IMG/VR virus record: IMGVR_UViG_3300009509_000016
Length of the DNA stretch: 64,000 bases
Strand: one strand, 5' to 3'
Source of the DNA: a virus
How positions within the stretch are numbered: the stretch's first letter is position 1; each line of letters starts with the position of its first letter. A program made the position numbers and the translations under genes. The notes under the pieces were generated by a model. The model saw only the letters and a program-made list of their open reading frames with translations. It ran no database searches and was not told the origin of the DNA. Positions 17,513 to 27,664 of this stretch are shown one piece after another.

Positions 17513-17974
17513 ATGGATCAGTTGTTGAATACAGGAACTAATTTGTTGGCTTATGTTCCTCCACTGATGGTAGTTGTGTTGGCAATTGTTGGAATCAGGT
17601 TTGTAAAAACACTTATCAAAGTGGGTGAGGTCTGGGAGAAGGATGAGGAACTGGCAAACAGATTGAAGAAGAGTTATATATGGCAACTTGCAATAATGAC
17701 TCTTGCTCTCTTCTTTCTTGTTTTTGCTGGCTTTTTTGCCTATGGTCCTGGCAAAAGACAGAAGACAACTGACTATCAAAAGTCAGGATGGATGGAACGA
17801 GTAAAAGAACTTCCTGATGAAAAGCCTATAGCTGTTATCACTCAGGAAGGTGAAGCAAACAAGGATAAAACTGGCACACTTCCTAAAGTGGCTTCAGAGG
17901 AAGAATACAAGCAAAGTAAGGAAGAAGCAGATAAAGAAATAGATGAAATTCTAAAAAGAAGACAAACACAATAG
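17513..17974 (+). CDS. Membrane protein with acidic C-terminal tail
   Basis: Two TM segments (LMVVVLAIVGI, LAIMTLALFFLVFAGFFAY), K/E-rich tail. Confidence 0.55.
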   Translation: MDQLLNTGTNLLAYVPPLMVVVLAIVGIRFVKTLIKVGEVWEKDEELANRLKKSYIWQLAIMTLALFFLVFAGFFAYGPGKRQKTTDYQKSGWMERVKELPDEKPIAVITQEGEANKDKTGTLPKVASEEEYKQSKEEADKEIDEILKRRQTQ

Positions 17975-17989
17975 AAAGGAGAATATGTT

Positions 17990-18880
17990 ATGAGAAGATT
18001 CAAAATGTTGATGTTGGTTTTAATGGTTATGGCAATGTTTATTGCCACTGGTTGTACTGAGAGGGTTCCACCTGGATTTATCGGAATGGTTATGACTCCA
18101 GGTGGTTTGACTGGTGAAGTTCTTGCACCAGGAAACCATACTTGTTACAACCGTGATAGAATGATCCTCATTGAGTATGTTGAAAAGGCATATACAGAGC
18201 CTTTAAGCATTCTTTGTGACGATGATCTTAACTTTAAATTTGATCTTAAGATTCGTGTTATGACACTTGCCGATGATAACAAGGCAGTTATGGAACTTTT
18301 GGGCAAGCAGGGTTCTCAGATCACATGGGATGGTGATATAGGTGTTTTGCCATTTGATATTCTGTATAAAACATATGTTGCTGATCCTGCAAGATCTATA
18401 GCAAGAGGGGTTGTATCAAAATATAAGACAACCGATATTCGTAATGCTAGAGATGAAATTACAAAAACAATTACAGAAAAACTTACTAAATCTGTCCAGG
18501 GTACACCTGTAAAAATTACCCTCATAGCTACCTCAAATTTCGATTATCCTGATGTTATCACTAAAGCTGTGGAAGATAAGAGAAGACGTGAAATTGAAAT
18601 CGAAACTGAGAAGGCAACTCAAGCTATGGAAATTCTTAAGCTGGATAATAGAAAGATTCTGGCCCAGAAGAGAAAGCAGGTTCGTGCTACTGAAGCAGAA
18701 GCAGAAGCAGTTTATGTAACTGTTATGGGTAAAGCATTAACCTCTGATTACCTCAAATTGAGAGAAATTGAGAGGGATATAACTCTCTATGAAAAAGTTT
18801 CTCCAGGGGATAAAGTCATAGTAACTGGCAATGGTAATGTTACCCCTTTGATTGATGTTACACCTGCTACAAAGAAATAA
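17990..18880 (+). CDS. SPFH/Band-7-like lipoprotein
   Basis: Lipoprotein signal MLMLVLMVMAMFIATGC; C-terminal EAEAEA coiled coil typical of SPFH proteins. Confidence 0.5.
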   Translation: MRRFKMLMLVLMVMAMFIATGCTERVPPGFIGMVMTPGGLTGEVLAPGNHTCYNRDRMILIEYVEKAYTEPLSILCDDDLNFKFDLKIRVMTLADDNKAVMELLGKQGSQITWDGDIGVLPFDILYKTYVADPARSIARGVVSKYKTTDIRNARDEITKTITEKLTKSVQGTPVKITLIATSNFDYPDVITKAVEDKRRREIEIETEKATQAMEILKLDNRKILAQKRKQVRATEAEAEAVYVTVMGKALTSDYLKLREIERDITLYEKVSPGDKVIVTGNGNVTPLIDVTPATKK

Positions 18881-18897
18881 AATTTGAAAGGAGAGAA

Positions 18898-19614
18898 GTG
18901 GGAGGGGCAACCCTCCCCTCTATTAGAATTATGCCAGAATATACTTTTAATGAATTATACAGAAGGTTATCTGCTCAAGAAGAACTTATTGTTAGTCTTA
19001 GTAGTAAGGTTGATAAGCTTACAGAGATAATAGATCTTCTCAGACGAACTAAGAAAAGAAATCATGTTTATCTAGCTGGAAGCATCTCAAGAGATGTTAG
19101 AACTTATGAGTGGAGAGAAGAGTTTGAAGAATTAATGAGGGATGATCCTAACTTTGTTATAGTGAATCCTTGTAAGAATAAATTCAATCAGAGCATACGA
19201 GACTTCCAGGGAGACAATACTGCTTTCATTAAAGAAGCTGTTGCTAGATCTCAGGGCATCTTGAAGCCTAAAGACTTTCAACTTATAAGCATGTGTAATA
19301 TAATGGTAGTTAATCTTGCAATCTATGTTCCATCAAAGCAACCATTAGGAACTGTCTTTGAGTGTTGTTGGGCAAGGGACACTTTGAATATGCCTGTTAT
19401 TGGTATTCATGGAAATGCAAGAAACTGGACTCCACCTACTTATGAGGAACGAATTAAGATTGCTCAAGAGTATTTGGAGACAGGGAGTGTTGATCATATA
19501 CCAATGGAAAATATTTATGTGAAGCATTCATGGATAGATGATGCAGTATCATCATGGGTTGAGTCTGTTCCTGGAGCAGTTCAGTTTTTGAAGGAGTTCT
19601 TTGGAGAGTATTAA
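18898..19614 (+). CDS. Nucleoside 2-deoxyribosyltransferase-like (Rcl/DNPH1-like) protein
   Basis: HVYLAGSISRDVRTYEWREE resembles the NDT/Rcl family N-terminal motif; GTG start with AAGGAG 4 nt upstream, alternative ATG at 18931. Confidence 0.5.
   Translation: MGGATLPSIRIMPEYTFNELYRRLSAQEELIVSLSSKVDKLTEIIDLLRRTKKRNHVYLAGSISRDVRTYEWREEFEELMRDDPNFVIVNPCKNKFNQSIRDFQGDNTAFIKEAVARSQGILKPKDFQLISMCNIMVVNLAIYVPSKQPLGTVFECCWARDTLNMPVIGIHGNARNWTPPTYEERIKIAQEYLETGSVDHIPMENIYVKHSWIDDAVSSWVESVPGAVQFLKEFFGEY
18900..18917 (+). other. GC-rich hairpin with GCAA tetraloop at 5' end of next gene
   Basis: gggaggg-gcaa-ccctccc, 7-bp G:C stem, in otherwise AT-rich DNA between SD (18888-18893) and ATG 18931. Confidence 0.4.
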
Positions 19615-20295
19615 ATGTTAACCACAAAACAAATACGAATGCTAGTATTGCTAGATAATAAGATTCGTGTTTGTAAAAAATGTGACCTGCATAATAACGG
19701 TAGATGTAAGCCATTTTATACAAAAGAGTCCAGGTATGCTATAATTGGTGAAGCACCTGGATCTAATGAGGTAAGGGATAATGAACCCTTTACCGGAGCA
19801 GCAGGTGATATATTGTGGGAGACCATGGCTGATCATGGTTTGGAGAAAGATAAATTTCTTATAATTAATAGTGTCAATTGTAGACCTGTTGATGAAAACC
19901 AATCATGGAAGAATGGTAAGCCAACTGAAGATCAGCAAGATACTTGCAGGGAATGGGTTAGAAAGTATATAAGAGTATTTGAGCCAGAGAAAATATTAGT
20001 ATTAGGTAATTATGCAATGTATAGTGCATTAGGACATGGACAAGGAATTATGAAACTTAATGCAACTATTATTGATGAGAACCAAGTAAATTTTGCTCTG
20101 GCAGGTACACTTGGATATGATAATGCTCCTTATGTTTTAAGTGTTCATCCTGCATTTTGCATTTATAGAAAAGATGAGGGATTGCAGATGCTCTCAGAGA
20201 GTATAGCAAGATTTAAAGAAATAGAACCACCTTCACCACCTATGCCTGATTTTGTCACCGACTTTTTAGAGGATGAAGAGTTATGGAAAATCTAG
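19615..20295 (+). CDS. Uracil-DNA glycosylase, family 4 (4Fe-4S)
   Basis: CKKCDLH Cys ligands, motif A IIGEAPGSNEVRDNEPFTGAAGDIL, motif B SVHPAF. Confidence 0.8.
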   Translation: MLTTKQIRMLVLLDNKIRVCKKCDLHNNGRCKPFYTKESRYAIIGEAPGSNEVRDNEPFTGAAGDILWETMADHGLEKDKFLIINSVNCRPVDENQSWKNGKPTEDQQDTCREWVRKYIRVFEPEKILVLGNYAMYSALGHGQGIMKLNATIIDENQVNFALAGTLGYDNAPYVLSVHPAFCIYRKDEGLQMLSESIARFKEIEPPSPPMPDFVTDFLEDEELWKI

Positions 20296-20558
20296 ATGTT
20301 ATGGTAGATAGAGAATTTTTCTTGTATAAGCTTAAACTAGAACCAGGAGAGATATTAATTATAGAAATCCCCTCTAACCTGTATTTCAAAATGAATAATG
20401 TTCAGAAGATAGTTGATATAGCAACAAGTATGCTTAGAAATGTAGGACTAAATAATCCTGTTTTGGCTACACCAGATGATATAAAAATTGGTAAAATAAC
20501 TCCTACTCTAATAGAGCCAGAACCAGAAGGATTTGATGAGGGAGATTTTGAACTGTGA
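20283..20558 (+). CDS. Hypothetical protein (91 aa)
   Basis: ORF coupled to neighbours. Confidence 0.5.
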   Translation: MENLDVMVDREFFLYKLKLEPGEILIIEIPSNLYFKMNNVQKIVDIATSMLRNVGLNNPVLATPDDIKIGKITPTLIEPEPEGFDEGDFEL

Positions 20559-20794
20559 GTCATAAGCATTTCTTCTTTCCAAAACATATACGGTCAAGAC
20601 TACTGGAATTTTGCTTGGAATGTGAACATCATGAAGCAGTTCAAAGGGAACGAGTAGTAAGTTATTGTAAGCTAGAAAATTGTTACTCTGAAAATTCTGA
20701 TTGTGTTCTCGACAAGGCACTGGATGAATTTCTAGAAAGAAATGAAGTAAAATCAATTCATATAATTAATAAAGCATTACATGGGAGAAGCTAA
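20555..20794 (+). CDS. Cys/His-rich small protein (79 aa)
   Basis: CLECEHHE...CKLENC...C; ATGA overlap upstream. Confidence 0.5.
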   Translation: MSHKHFFFPKHIRSRLLEFCLECEHHEAVQRERVVSYCKLENCYSENSDCVLDKALDEFLERNEVKSIHIINKALHGRS

Positions 20795-20994
20795 TGGCTA
20801 AAAATTTTGTAGTATGGCAATGGGGAGATAGATATGTAAACCATGGTAGAGTGGTTGAGGATGCAGAGCATGTTGTTCTTGTAGAGATAAGAGATGTTGA
20901 TGGCAACCTCCATCAATTGGCTCTACCAAAGGGAAGTTTTAGGTTTAAGTTCTTTAATACTGAAAAAGAAGCAAAGGAGTTTCTTGATAGTTAA
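20794..20994 (+). CDS. Hypothetical protein (66 aa)
   Basis: TAATG overlap on both sides. Confidence 0.5.
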   Translation: MAKNFVVWQWGDRYVNHGRVVEDAEHVVLVEIRDVDGNLHQLALPKGSFRFKFFNTEKEAKEFLDS

Positions 20995-23648
20995 TGTTTA
21001 TTAATACCTACTATGAAACAAAAGAATCAACCATGCATATATGGGAGATGGTTGATGGAGTTTCCAATTATAGAACACAATATTGGATTCCATATGTTTT
21101 TCTTAGAGCTACAGGTGGAGATGTAAAAACAATTGATGGTCACCAAGTAGCTAAGAAGACTTTTGACTCCTACCAAGATTATTACTCTTTCTGTAAGGAA
21201 AGGGCAAACGTATATGAGAATAAGGTTAGACCAGAGATACAATTCTTGGCTGAAACCTATCATCAAATACCGGATGATGAAATAGAAGTTCCTAAGCTTA
21301 AGATTTATTCTCTTGATATAGAAGTTGCCCATGAAGATAGTTTCCCGAATACTAGGAATCCAGAGTTTCCTGTAGTTCTGGTGACTTTATATGGTGGAGA
21401 TAGATCTGTAACTTTTGGAGAAAAAGAGTATACTGGAGAACTTCCTAAAGATACATATTACATTCAATGCAATGATGAATCAGAGTTATTACGAAAACTC
21501 TTTGCCTATATGAACAAGTATCCTTGTGATGTCCTTACAGGATGGAATATTTATAATTTCGACTTACCATACTTAATTAATAGATCTAAAAAGTTGTTTG
21601 GGGAAGACTCTAAGATCTTTGCAGGTATGTCACCTATTAATATAGTTAGAGTATGGGATTCTGAAAAAGGTGATACTAATATAGATATTGCTGGAGTTAC
21701 AATCTTAGATTATTATGATATCTATAAGTGGTATGGGCCGAACTTAGAATCATATAGACTAGACTATGTTGCATACCATGCATTAGGTGAAGGTAAAATA
21801 GAGTATTCTCATTATGAGGATCTTAGAGAAGTTTATAGAGAGGACTGGAATCTTTATGTTACTTATAATATAACAGATGCAAAAAGGGTATATCAGTTGG
21901 AAGAGAAGTGTGGTTATATAAAACTTGTGCAGTCTCTTTCTCTTCTAACTAAATGCCCAATGAAATATTATCACACAATGACTCAGTTAATTGAAGGTGC
22001 TCTTCTTACTCACTATAGAAGAAACAAGATGTGTGCTCCTATTTTTATTGGTGGTTTTCAAGAGACCTTTGAAGCTGCATATGTCAAGGAACCACAACGT
22101 GGCAAGCATGAATGGATAGTTGATCTTGATATAGTATCTTCTTATCCAACAGCAATCATAACATTGAATATGTCAACAGAGACATACTTTGGAAAGATTG
22201 TGGGATTACCTGAAGATCAAGTAATGGAGTACACTAAACAGAGAGAATTTCCAGACTTTGATATGTTTAAGGATGTGTCAGGTATTGTTAATTTTCGTGG
22301 TCCAAGAAGAGACAAGTTTAATGAATCATTGAAAAGGAAATTGTTAGCTATTGCTCCGAATGGTTCTGTATTTACTACCCATAAAATAGGAACACTTGCA
22401 GAAGTACAGAGAAACATCTTTGCCAAACGAAAAGAAGTTAAAGGTAAGATGATTGAGCTTAAAAAGCAATTGGCCGAAAAGGAAGATCAGAAGATGAAGG
22501 AAAGAGCAAAGCAATTGTTTGATCTTCAGTGGGCCTTAAAGATCCTTCTCAATGCTATGTTTGGAGTTACTGCTGTGCCTTATAGCAGATACTTTAATAC
22601 AAGCATTGCAGAAGCTATTACAGCTTGTGGTAGGCAAACTATTAAAGCAGGTGAGAGATATGTAAATGAGTATCTTCAAACAAGGTGGGTTCATGATGAA
22701 GAGTTTATGAGCATCCTTTATGATGAAATGTATGATCCAGACCTTGATAAGGATATGATTGAGCATACTGAGGATACAGATTGGGTTGCCTATATAGACA
22801 CTGATTCACTCTTCATTAAGATGGGAGAGTTTCTTAAGAGAGTTGTATCAGCTAAGAGCAAATGGGCAGACCTCAATGATGAAGCCAAGATAGAAAAGGT
22901 GAGGAAATTATCTCAGTGTATTGAGAAAATTGTTAATGAAAAATGTTTCGTCAACATACAGAAAGCAGCATACAATTCTCCGGTAGATGATTTCACTATC
23001 CTCTTCAAACAAGAGATAGTTGCCAAAAGTGCTATCTTCATTATGAAGAAGAAATATGCTTATTGGGCAGTTAATGAAGAAGGAGCACCTTGTGATAAGA
23101 TATCAATCACCGGATTGGAAATGGTTAGATCTGATACTGCTGAAGCTGTGAGAATAGTGCTTAAAGAAGTAGTAGATATGATCTTGAGAGATGCTACTGA
23201 CAAAGAGATTATAAAGAGAGTAGACGAATGTAGAGATAGTCTGAAGAAAGTGTTCCCAGAGGAAATAGCAGCAAACATAGGCATCAACAAGCTTGATAAG
23301 TATCTAACTAAAGAGGGATGGAGAAAAGGTGCTCCTTGGCATGTCAAAGGAGTTTGGAATTATAGAATGCTGTTGAAGGAACTAGGTATTGAGAATGAAT
23401 ATGAAGACATTCCTAACGGCACAAAAGCTAGAGTTGTTTATGTGAAGCCTAATCCTTATGGTGTCGAGACAATTAGTTTCTTACGTTGGCCAAAGGAATT
23501 TGATAAAGTTGTTCAAATTGATTATGAAACAATGATAGACAAGTTCTTTTTAAAGAAGATTAAGACACTATTGAAGCCAATGGATAAAGAAGAATTGATA
23601 GATGGTATGGCAAAAGAACGATTGGGTATATTCTTTGAGGGGATATGA
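20994..23648 (+). CDS. gp43: DNA polymerase, family B (T4 gp43-like)
   Basis: 884 aa; exo I LDIEV, SYPTAII, YIDTDS polymerase motif C, KILLNAMFG motif. Confidence 0.9.
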   Translation: MFINTYYETKESTMHIWEMVDGVSNYRTQYWIPYVFLRATGGDVKTIDGHQVAKKTFDSYQDYYSFCKERANVYENKVRPEIQFLAETYHQIPDDEIEVPKLKIYSLDIEVAHEDSFPNTRNPEFPVVLVTLYGGDRSVTFGEKEYTGELPKDTYYIQCNDESELLRKLFAYMNKYPCDVLTGWNIYNFDLPYLINRSKKLFGEDSKIFAGMSPINIVRVWDSEKGDTNIDIAGVTILDYYDIYKWYGPNLESYRLDYVAYHALGEGKIEYSHYEDLREVYREDWNLYVTYNITDAKRVYQLEEKCGYIKLVQSLSLLTKCPMKYYHTMTQLIEGALLTHYRRNKMCAPIFIGGFQETFEAAYVKEPQRGKHEWIVDLDIVSSYPTAIITLNMSTETYFGKIVGLPEDQVMEYTKQREFPDFDMFKDVSGIVNFRGPRRDKFNESLKRKLLAIAPNGSVFTTHKIGTLAEVQRNIFAKRKEVKGKMIELKKQLAEKEDQKMKERAKQLFDLQWALKILLNAMFGVTAVPYSRYFNTSIAEAITACGRQTIKAGERYVNEYLQTRWVHDEEFMSILYDEMYDPDLDKDMIEHTEDTDWVAYIDTDSLFIKMGEFLKRVVSAKSKWADLNDEAKIEKVRKLSQCIEKIVNEKCFVNIQKAAYNSPVDDFTILFKQEIVAKSAIFIMKKKYAYWAVNEEGAPCDKISITGLEMVRSDTAEAVRIVLKEVVDMILRDATDKEIIKRVDECRDSLKKVFPEEIAANIGINKLDKYLTKEGWRKGAPWHVKGVWNYRMLLKELGIENEYEDIPNGTKARVVYVKPNPYGVETISFLRWPKEFDKVVQIDYETMIDKFFLKKIKTLLKPMDKEELIDGMAKERLGIFFEGI

Positions 23649-24235
23649 TGATATATAGAAGAAAAAAGTGGAAAATAGAAGATTATATTTATGGAATTAA
23701 AAGGGAAGCAGATATTGACTATGGATTAGAAATACAAGGAATTGAACACATATGGCACAATAAAGAAACATATGAAGAAGTAATGAAAATACTAGAAGCA
23801 GGTGGTAAAATAATAAAAATAAAAGAATCATTTAAAGATGTTGATTTTGATGCATGGTGGGATGGTATTTATTCTGAAATATGTTCAGAATCAATAAAAC
23901 CAAAAAGAGCAAGAGAAATTCACGATTATAGTAAAATACGTTTTAGGGTATCACTTATAAAAGAACAGAGTATCAAAAATCATATGGTTTATTACTGGCA
24001 ACCTTGGCCTGATGGATGTTTTTGTTTTAACATGACAATGAAAGATCTTCAATGCTTTCTGGATACAGATATGAGATTAAGACAAGAATGGGGTATTTTT
24101 GAACGTACCTTCACTATAGAAGGAAGGAAGGAGTTGTTTATTGAATTTCCATTATCATATGTAGGTTTCTATGAATTAAAGGAGGGATCGGAAAATGCTT
24201 ATTATCAAAGCCTATGTAAATCTAGAAGAGATTGA
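23645..24235 (+). CDS. Hypothetical protein (196 aa)
   Basis: ATGA overlap with gp43 stop; very A-rich codon usage. Confidence 0.5.
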   Translation: MMIYRRKKWKIEDYIYGIKREADIDYGLEIQGIEHIWHNKETYEEVMKILEAGGKIIKIKESFKDVDFDAWWDGIYSEICSESIKPKRAREIHDYSKIRFRVSLIKEQSIKNHMVYYWQPWPDGCFCFNMTMKDLQCFLDTDMRLRQEWGIFERTFTIEGRKELFIEFPLSYVGFYELKEGSENAYYQSLCKSRRD

Positions 24236-24515
24236 AGAAATTCATATTCAAAACACTGGCAACTGTGTAGATGAGAATATGCAATTGTATGAGTATCGAA
24301 TCAGATTGCCAGAGGGGTATGATGATTTTCCTATCTTTCATATGAGGGAGTTAGGATGGAGGGCATTAGCAACACAAGCAATAGATGTGATTGAGAAAGT
24401 TATACCTAGGAAAAGGAAAAAGAAAAAGAATGAAAAGAAAAAAGACTTCTGGATATGTGGAGATTGTGGAGCACAGAGACCGGATTGTATATGTGGGAGA
24501 AATGAAAATGTCTAA
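24195..24515 (+). CDS. Hypothetical protein with C-terminal zinc-ribbon (CGDCGAQRPDCICG)
   Basis: AAGGAGGG RBS before ATG 24195. Confidence 0.5.
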   Translation: MLIIKAYVNLEEIEEIHIQNTGNCVDENMQLYEYRIRLPEGYDDFPIFHMRELGWRALATQAIDVIEKVIPRKRKKKKNEKKKDFWICGDCGAQRPDCICGRNENV

Positions 24516-24945
24516 CCATTGGGATAAAAGGTGGATGGATCTTTGTGATCTTGTTGCATCCTGGAGTAAAGATAGAAGCACAGGTGTAGGTGCTGTTATT
24601 GTAAATGGCAGAAATGTTCTTGTGGCTATAGGATGGAATGGTTTTCCACGTAAGATCAATGATGATGTAGATGCTCGACATCAGAGACCAGCAAAATATC
24701 TCTGGACTGCTCATGCTGAAGAGAATGCAATAGTTAATGCTGCAAGTAAAGGAATAGCAACAGAAGAATGTAGGATGTATATTAACTGGTATCCCTGTGC
24801 TCCATGTGCAAGAATGATTATACAGTCTGGTATTGTTGAGTTAATAGGCAATGAGCCAGATTGGGATCATCATAGATTTGGTGAGGATTTTAGAGTGGTG
24901 AGAGAAATGCTTGCAGAAGCAGGTGTGAAGGTGAGATTTATATGA
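24502..24945 (+). CDS. cd: dCMP deaminase
   Basis: HAEENAI...CRMYINWYPCAPCARMI cytidine/deoxycytidylate deaminase zinc motifs; start chosen at ATG 24502 with GGGAGA RBS (track ORF 24391 is extended upstream). Confidence 0.8.
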   Translation: MKMSNHWDKRWMDLCDLVASWSKDRSTGVGAVIVNGRNVLVAIGWNGFPRKINDDVDARHQRPAKYLWTAHAEENAIVNAASKGIATEECRMYINWYPCAPCARMIIQSGIVELIGNEPDWDHHRFGEDFRVVREMLAEAGVKVRFI

Positions 24946-25685
24946 GTAATAAAAAGAGAATAAAGAAAAAATCGGTGGATGAGAATATCAAAAACCATTT
25001 AACTAAACAGGCAAAGAGGGCTTTTAAAGATAGTTCTCAAATAGATTTTGATCATGCTGTTAAAACTTTTAAACGAATGAATATAGCTACAAGCCTAGCA
25101 CTTGAAGCTTCCCTGAAAAATAAAACATCACAATCTCTAGTTGCTCTTATGATTGAAGTTTATGATGAAATAGAGAGATCATTTCGTAATATGCAAGAAC
25201 AAATTGGAAAGAGGGTGACATGTAAAGCAGGATGTTATTATTGTTGTTATCAGAAAATAGGTATTACGATGCCAGAATTTTTAGTAATAGATAGTGTAAT
25301 AAAAAATTCAGATGTATTACCTATCAATAAAGACAAAATAATGGGAAGCACAATAGTTTCTATTCATGATAATGAATGGAAATATTTTGGTGATCCATGT
25401 GGTTTTTTGGATAGAAATATATGCACTATATATCCAGTAAGACCATTAATGTGTAGAGCTTGGCATGTTTTTAATTCTAGTGAAAACTGTAGAAAAAAAT
25501 ATTTAGAAAAGGAAGACTGTGATGAAATTTATACTGATTTGATTTTTCATTGTGGTGTTATTCAGGAATCTATAACATATATTTGTTTGAAATTTAAATT
25601 AACAGGATTTATTCAATTAGAAAAAGCAATGATACATTCTTTCCAGAATAATATTTTTCAGGATTGGATAAATAAAAAAATATGA
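24942..25685 (+). CDS. YkgJ/FliB-family (PF03692-like CxxCxxCC) Fe-S/Zn domain protein
   Basis: CKAGCYYCC and CTIYPVRPLMCRAW motifs resembling CxxCxxCC ... C.IY..RP..CR of the putative zinc/iron-chelating domain. Confidence 0.55.
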   Translation: MSNKKRIKKKSVDENIKNHLTKQAKRAFKDSSQIDFDHAVKTFKRMNIATSLALEASLKNKTSQSLVALMIEVYDEIERSFRNMQEQIGKRVTCKAGCYYCCYQKIGITMPEFLVIDSVIKNSDVLPINKDKIMGSTIVSIHDNEWKYFGDPCGFLDRNICTIYPVRPLMCRAWHVFNSSENCRKKYLEKEDCDEIYTDLIFHCGVIQESITYICLKFKLTGFIQLEKAMIHSFQNNIFQDWINKKI

Positions 25686-25927
25686 CAAAGCTTAAATGGA
25701 ATAGGCATAAAGTACCAATGGCAAGTGAGGATGAGAATTATCACCCACCTGCCTTTGAACGTCCAGGACCAAGGCAAGTTTTTAGATCAATTAATGAATG
25801 TTTTCGTTTTGGAAGACATGCAGGTAAAAAACTAAGACGTGTATTGTGGGAAGATAAAGGTTATATTTCATGGGCATTAAAAAAAGATGTTATATCAATA
25901 GAACTGGAGGATGTAGTAAATGACTAA
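25682..25927 (+). CDS. Small protein with DUF3820-like motif
   Basis: FGRHAGKKLRRVLWEDKGYISWAL resembles the FGKYKG..L..D..YL.WL motif. Confidence 0.4.
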   Translation: MTKLKWNRHKVPMASEDENYHPPAFERPGPRQVFRSINECFRFGRHAGKKLRRVLWEDKGYISWALKKDVISIELEDVVND

Positions 25928-25959
25928 AGGCAAAATTGTAACAGCAAAAGGATTGGAGG

Positions 25960-26745
25960 ATGAAGAAATTGCAATTGGATAGATATCAAAAAATGCTAAA
26001 GGTACTTCTTATCAAGAAGTGCCGAATGATAAAACATAAGATGATGAGAAGGTTTGCTGTGCTTGCATTGAAGAATGCTCCTGAGTATTTTTGGACTACA
26101 CAAGCATCTACAAGTGGCAGGTTTCATGCAGGTGAGTCACTAGCAGAGCATGTGGTTTATTGCCTTGTCTATGGTAAAGACCATATTCGAATGATTCAAG
26201 AGGGTAGGTATCCATGGAATGACCAGCAAGAATCAATCTTCTTTACTGCTCTTGTCTGCCATGATCTTTTTAGATCCGGTATGCCAGGACGTGAATTAAA
26301 AGATGATGAAGGAAATTTTAGAACTGATGATCTTCATGTACTTTATGCTCCAAGAGCATTAAAATTTCTTGACCTGTATATTGGCAAAGAAGATAAAACT
26401 TGGTATGCTAAAAATAATTTGCCATGGGCAAAGATAGAAGATGCTATGGCAGGGCATTATGGTCCTTGGTCTCCAATATCATCTCTAGATCCCACTGTAG
26501 ACAGGGATTTCAGGGACATTTCTCTACATGTTTTCTTAGTTGATTATATCGTTTCCAGAGGGTGTCTTAGGGTAGTATCGGAAGAGATAGACGAACTGAA
26601 GAGGAACTGGACCCTATATCAAGCAGGGGAGATAGACTTCTTTGGTATACCAAAGGGTTATCCAGAAAATACTAAAGACTGGAATAGAAAGATAGCAAAG
26701 AAGCAAAAAGAAGATAGATTTAAAGAGTTATATGGAGATGAATGA
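25960..26745 (+). CDS. HD-domain phosphohydrolase
   Basis: H...H (RFHAGESLAEH) and HD (LVCHDLFRSG) motifs; start uncertain (poor RBS at 25960). Confidence 0.6.
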   Translation: MKKLQLDRYQKMLKVLLIKKCRMIKHKMMRRFAVLALKNAPEYFWTTQASTSGRFHAGESLAEHVVYCLVYGKDHIRMIQEGRYPWNDQQESIFFTALVCHDLFRSGMPGRELKDDEGNFRTDDLHVLYAPRALKFLDLYIGKEDKTWYAKNNLPWAKIEDAMAGHYGPWSPISSLDPTVDRDFRDISLHVFLVDYIVSRGCLRVVSEEIDELKRNWTLYQAGEIDFFGIPKGYPENTKDWNRKIAKKQKEDRFKELYGDE

Positions 26746-26980
26746 ATGTGACCTGAGAGGACACATTCTACACACAGAATATCATCCACCTTGTGCTGCA
26801 AGGAAAAGCTTTGCTTGTTCCTTTGTTTTTAGTACAATGGGTTTTCCTCCACCTTTCCTTTTCACATATAATATATTCCCAGAAGTTAATACATGAAAGC
26901 CACGTCTGATGAGACCAAATCTAAAAACCTTTAACCAATCATCATCAATAGCTTCCTCACCAAGGTATCTATTAAATTTT

Positions 26981-27664
26981 TTAATATCCATAAACTGACT
27001 CATCAACATCTGGGTAGTCATGTATCTGATCTGAGTGTTCTTCAATCCACTCATTATCACCATAAGCACTGAGAGGATCTGTATCAAGAGGTCCGGTTTC
27101 TCTACCCATTGGGATGGTTCTTGACATATCACTATCCTCTGAGAATCTGTAAGGCTTAAGAATAAAAGACCATACCATTTTCTTCAATTGAAAGATCTTT
27201 TCTTCTTCACCAACATCAACAATCTCATATGCTCTGTTGTTCCAATGAGTAATCATGACATCTCCAGGAAGTGGCTGATACCCTGCACTTACATCTCTGG
27301 AAAAAGTTATCTTAGGTGTTGCTGCATACTGGATCATTTCTTCTGACACAATACCGAAAGTATTTGTCATAGTTATTTCTTCAGTTGGTTCGTAAATAAG
27401 TTTTATTTGTCTTGGAGGTAAATAGGAAGTTCTTGTAGTTTCACCATAGAGCCTATCCATAGTTCTATTAACATCAGGATCAAGCATATAGTAATCAGCA
27501 CTGATTCCTGCAATATCTGTGTACTCTGCTATTACAGATTCGAATAGCTCATGTTCTACATTATCTTTTAGATGTTGCAATTCCCATGTGGGAATATTTT
27601 TTAAGAATCCTGGTTTCTCCGGTAAATATGTTTCACCATCAAACCTAGTTGTTGTTCTTCCCAT
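26981..27664 (-). CDS. Hypothetical protein (227 aa), likely virion/morphogenesis
   Basis: Coupled minus-strand ORF downstream of terminase module. Confidence 0.55.
   Translation of the reverse strand: MGRTTTRFDGETYLPEKPGFLKNIPTWELQHLKDNVEHELFESVIAEYTDIAGISADYYMLDPDVNRTMDRLYGETTRTSYLPPRQIKLIYEPTEEITMTNTFGIVSEEMIQYAATPKITFSRDVSAGYQPLPGDVMITHWNNRAYEIVDVGEEEKIFQLKKMVWSFILKPYRFSEDSDMSRTIPMGRETGPLDTDPLSAYGDNEWIEEHSDQIHDYPDVDESVYGY

Noticed and set aside
26782-27132. 116-aa minus-strand ORF overlapping the 3' end of 26981..27664
   Set aside because: The upstream 150 nt overlap a better-supported gene in another frame. At most a 69-aa product starting at Met 26990 (MDIKKFNRY...) could be real, and its support is weak (poor RBS).
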